Positions 17,152 through 20,000 of a stretch of DNA of 20,000 nucleotides are shown here, piece by piece. The notes beneath the pieces were generated by a model, which searched no databases, was not told the origin of the DNA, and saw only the letters and a program-made list of their open reading frames with translations. The stretch is from the sequence record SRR31156797_335. One strand, 5' to 3'. Positions within the stretch are counted from its first letter, which is position 1, and each line of letters starts with the position of its first letter. The position numbers were made by a program, and so were the translations under genes.

Positions 17152-18252
17152 TTAGATATTTCCGGTAAGCTTTTTAACAAACCTGTATTTATTAAAAAAC
17201 TCTTTAGCTATCACACGAAGTAATGTATAAGTTGGTATCGCCAAAACCATACCTAAAATTCCTGCCATACTACCTGCCATAATAATCACTATAAAAATCT
17301 CAAGTGGATGAGCATTTACTGAATTTGAATAGATTAATGGCTGGAACAAAATGTTATCAATTACCTGAACCAAAGCAAAAACGATAGCCATATATCCTAA
17401 TAAAGGAAGAATTCCTGTATAAAAATCAAGATCTAAATTGGTCGCAATACCAATTATCATCCCGAAACATGCACCAATAATAGGTCCAATATAAGGGATT
17501 ACATTCATCATTCCTGCAAACAATCCAATCACAACTGCAGTACTAAAAGGCAATCCAACAATTGTTAATCCAATGGTCACCATAAATCCGACCAAAATCA
17601 CCTCGAAGAATAAACCAACAAAGTAGCGCATCAATAATTTCTTAATAGATTCCAATACATGCAGCACTCCTTCCTCGTGCTTTGCAGGAACTAAAACTAC
17701 CAACCCTCCTGTAAACAAACTACTATCTTTCAAGAAAAAGAAGGTGATGAATGAGATTGAAAACAGAGCTATAAATATATTGCCCAAAGTACCTGCAAGC
17801 GATCCAAATATGGAAGAAACATCGGACACCTTAACAAATGATGTAATGTTATCAACAATTACCGCTTTTAAATTAAAAGCTTCACCATCAGTAGAATATT
17901 TAGCAATCAGGCTCTCTAATTTTTCGATGGGTTCTTCCAAACTTTGCGCAGCTGCATTTACATCTATATTAGATAAATCTTGCGCTTGTGAAGCAACCAT
18001 TGGTATAAAGGTTCTGAAAAACATCACCATGACAAACCACAATAAAATTAGAGTTATACCAGCAGAAAGTGCTGGTGGACAAGTCCATTTTTTAATTTTT
18101 ACTTTATTTAAAAAATCGACAACCGGACGACCAATAAAAGATAGAACAACTGAAATCAAAATATAGGCAACAATATTGCTAAAATACCAAAACATTAAAC
18201 CCAACAGGATTAAACCCAGGGCAACCAATACATATTTTCCTTTTCCGTTCAT
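17152..18252 (-). CDS. AI-2E family transporter (PerM/TqsA-like)
   Basis: 366-aa multi-TM protein; FITFFFLKD, NVIPYIGPIIG, QVIDNILFQPLIY, HPLEIF, GILGMVLAIP motifs. Confidence 0.93.
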   Translation of the reverse strand: MNGKGKYVLVALGLILLGLMFWYFSNIVAYILISVVLSFIGRPVVDFLNKVKIKKWTCPPALSAGITLILLWFVMVMFFRTFIPMVASQAQDLSNIDVNAAAQSLEEPIEKLESLIAKYSTDGEAFNLKAVIVDNITSFVKVSDVSSIFGSLAGTLGNIFIALFSISFITFFFLKDSSLFTGGLVVLVPAKHEEGVLHVLESIKKLLMRYFVGLFFEVILVGFMVTIGLTIVGLPFSTAVVIGLFAGMMNVIPYIGPIIGACFGMIIGIATNLDLDFYTGILPLLGYMAIVFALVQVIDNILFQPLIYSNSVNAHPLEIFIVIIMAGSMAGILGMVLAIPTYTLLRVIAKEFFNKYRFVKKLTGNI

Positions 18253-18301
18253 AAAGAAGCAATCTTTAGTGTGTTGTGATAAAAGTAAGAATTTTTAGCA
18301 T

Positions 18302-18330
18302 AAAAAAAGGCTTCCAAATTGGGAAGCCTT
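18302..18330 (-). terminator. Intrinsic terminator of lon
   Basis: AAGGCTTCC-caattt-GGAAGCCTT followed by T-run on the minus strand, 19 nt after the lon stop. Confidence 0.88.
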
Positions 18331-18349
18331 CTCTCTATTTTTTAAATTC

Positions 18350-20000
18350 TTAAATATCTAATGGATTTTTCACTTTTTGTTTCATCAAAGCAATATCCAA
18401 AACCTCCATTATTTCATCCACAAAGTGGAATTTCAAGCCTTTCAAATAGATATCTTTGATTTCCTCGATATCCTTTTTGTTTTGATTACAAAGAATAATC
18501 TCTTTGATTCCAGCCCTTTTAGCGGCAAGTATTTTTTCTTTAATTCCACCAACTGGTAGCACTTTACCTCGTAAAGTAATCTCACCAGTCATGGCTAAGT
18601 TCTTCTTCACTTTTCGCTGAGTAAATATTGAAGCCATAGCGGTTACCATAGTTACACCTGCCGATGGACCATCCTTCGGAATTGCACCTTCAGGTACGTG
18701 AACATGAAGATTCCACTCATCGAATGTTTGTTTTTTGATTCCCAAATCGTCACAGTGAGCTCTCAAATATTCCTGAGCCAACAATGCCGATTCTTTCATC
18801 ACATCTCCTAAGTTACCCGTTAAAGTCAATTTTCCTTTTCCTGCTGATAAACTCGATTCAATAAACAGAATTTCTCCTCCTACCGAAGTCCAGGCTAAAC
18901 CTGTTACAACACCAGCATACTCATTCCCCTGATACTTCTCACGATTGAACATTTCAGCACCTAAGTACTCTTTTAAATCTTCAATTTTTAGATTGATATC
19001 GTACTGCTCATCCATGGCAACCTTACGAGCTACTCTTCGCATAATTTTTGCGATTCGCTGATCCAATGCACGAACTCCAGATTCTCTGGTATATTTATCA
19101 ATTACCTCACCAATAACTTCTTTCGATATCTTGATATTCTTAGTGGTAATACCATGATTCTCCATTTGCTTTGGAAGCAAGTGACGCTTGGCTATCTCTA
19201 TTTTCTCTTCCTGAATGTATCCGCTAACATCGATCATTTCCATACGATCGCGAAGTGGAGCCGAAATTGACCCTACATTATTTGCTGTAGCTACGAACAT
19301 CACTTTAGATAAATCGTAATCAACCTCCAAGAAGTTATCATGGAAAGTACTGTTTTGCTCAGGATCCAAAACTTCAAGCAATGCCGATGATGGATCTCCT
19401 CTAAAATCACTACCTACTTTATCAATCTCATCTAAAATAAAAACCGGATTCGATGAACCAGCCTTTTTCATTCCTTGAATGATACGACCTGGCATCGCGC
19501 CAATATATGTTTTACGGTGACCACGAATCTCTGACTCATCGTGCAATCCACCTAAAGACATTCTGACATACTTACGATTTAAAGATCCAGCAATAGATTT
19601 TCCCAATGATGTTTTACCAACTCCCGGAGGTCCGTACAAACATAAAATCGGCGATTTCAAATCTCCTTTTAGTTTCAAGACAGCCAAATGCTCAATGATA
19701 CGATCTTTTACTTTCTCCAAGCCAAAATGATCTTTATCCAATACTTCCTGAGCATTTTTTAGATCAAAATTATCCTCGGTAAAATCACTCCATGGCAAGT
19801 CTAATAACTCCTGCAAATAGTTCAATTGTACAGAGTACTCTGCTGCCGCAGGATTCAATCGCTGAAGTTTCTTCAACTCTTTCTTAAAAGTTTCTCCAAC
19901 CTCTTCAGTCCATTTTTTATCCTTAGCCTTCTCCTCCAACTCAACAACATCCTGATCGTTAGGACTTCCGCCCAACTCATCCTGAATGGTTTTCATTTGC
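18350..20000 (-). CDS. lon: ATP-dependent protease La (Lon), 5' end outside window
   Basis: Walker [10 protein letters not shown], Walker [29 protein letters not shown] catalytic Ser, GGIKEK Lys; the frame remains open at the window edge. Confidence 0.98.
   Translation of the reverse strand, partial: QMKTIQDELGGSPNDQDVVELEEKAKDKKWTEEVGETFKKELKKLQRLNPAAAEYSVQLNYLQELLDLPWSDFTEDNFDLKNAQEVLDKDHFGLEKVKDRIIEHLAVLKLKGDLKSPILCLYGPPGVGKTSLGKSIAGSLNRKYVRMSLGGLHDESEIRGHRKTYIGAMPGRIIQGMKKAGSSNPVFILDEIDKVGSDFRGDPSSALLEVLDPEQNSTFHDNFLEVDYDLSKVMFVATANNVGSISAPLRDRMEMIDVSGYIQEEKIEIAKRHLLPKQMENHGITTKNIKISKEVIGEVIDKYTRESGVRALDQRIAKIMRRVARKVAMDEQYDINLKIEDLKEYLGAEMFNREKYQGNEYAGVVTGLAWTSVGGEILFIESSLSAGKGKLTLTGNLGDVMKESALLAQEYLRAHCDDLGIKKQTFDEWNLHVHVPEGAIPKDGPSAGVTMVTAMASIFTQRKVKKNLAMTGEITLRGKVLPVGGIKEKILAAKRAGIKEIILCNQNKKDIEEIKDIYLKGLKFHFVDEIMEVLDIALMKQKVKNPLDI

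Noticed and set aside
8854-18559. Plus-strand ORFs at 8854, 12000, 12276, 13137, 13486, 15047, 15253, 17744, 18377
   Set aside because: All antisense to long, well-supported genes
1-20000. CRISPR array, tRNA, rRNA or known riboswitch
   Set aside because: No regularly spaced repeats or recognisable RNA consensus in any intergenic region (all under about 420 nt)

Overview
AT-rich Bacteroidota-type chromosomal window; the taxonomic call is inferred from TAnnTTTG promoter elements, A-rich start contexts without Shine-Dalgarno sites and Gln-at-+1 signal peptides. Left: the 5' part of an alternative complex III respiratory operon (actA hexaheme cytochrome c, actB, and actC running off the window; actC is missing from the ORF track). 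Right: an extended SDR lacking the catalytic Tyr, an AI-2E family transporter and the 3' part of lon. Between them is an approximately 10 kb accessory module. It has a TPR-sensor hybrid two-component system (HK-REC-AraC) followed by a 7-gene co-directional cluster: OmpA-domain protein, three secreted proteins of unknown function, a lipoprotein, a DUF3592 membrane protein and an AIM24/TIGR00266 protein. No SusC/SusD or CAZyme genes are present. The cluster's upstream region has two pairs of ATGTT direct repeats at 21-bp spacing (a candidate HTCS operator). A long sense-strand RNA stem-loop lies inside the cluster and an intrinsic terminator closes it. This module is the best candidate for an undescribed system.
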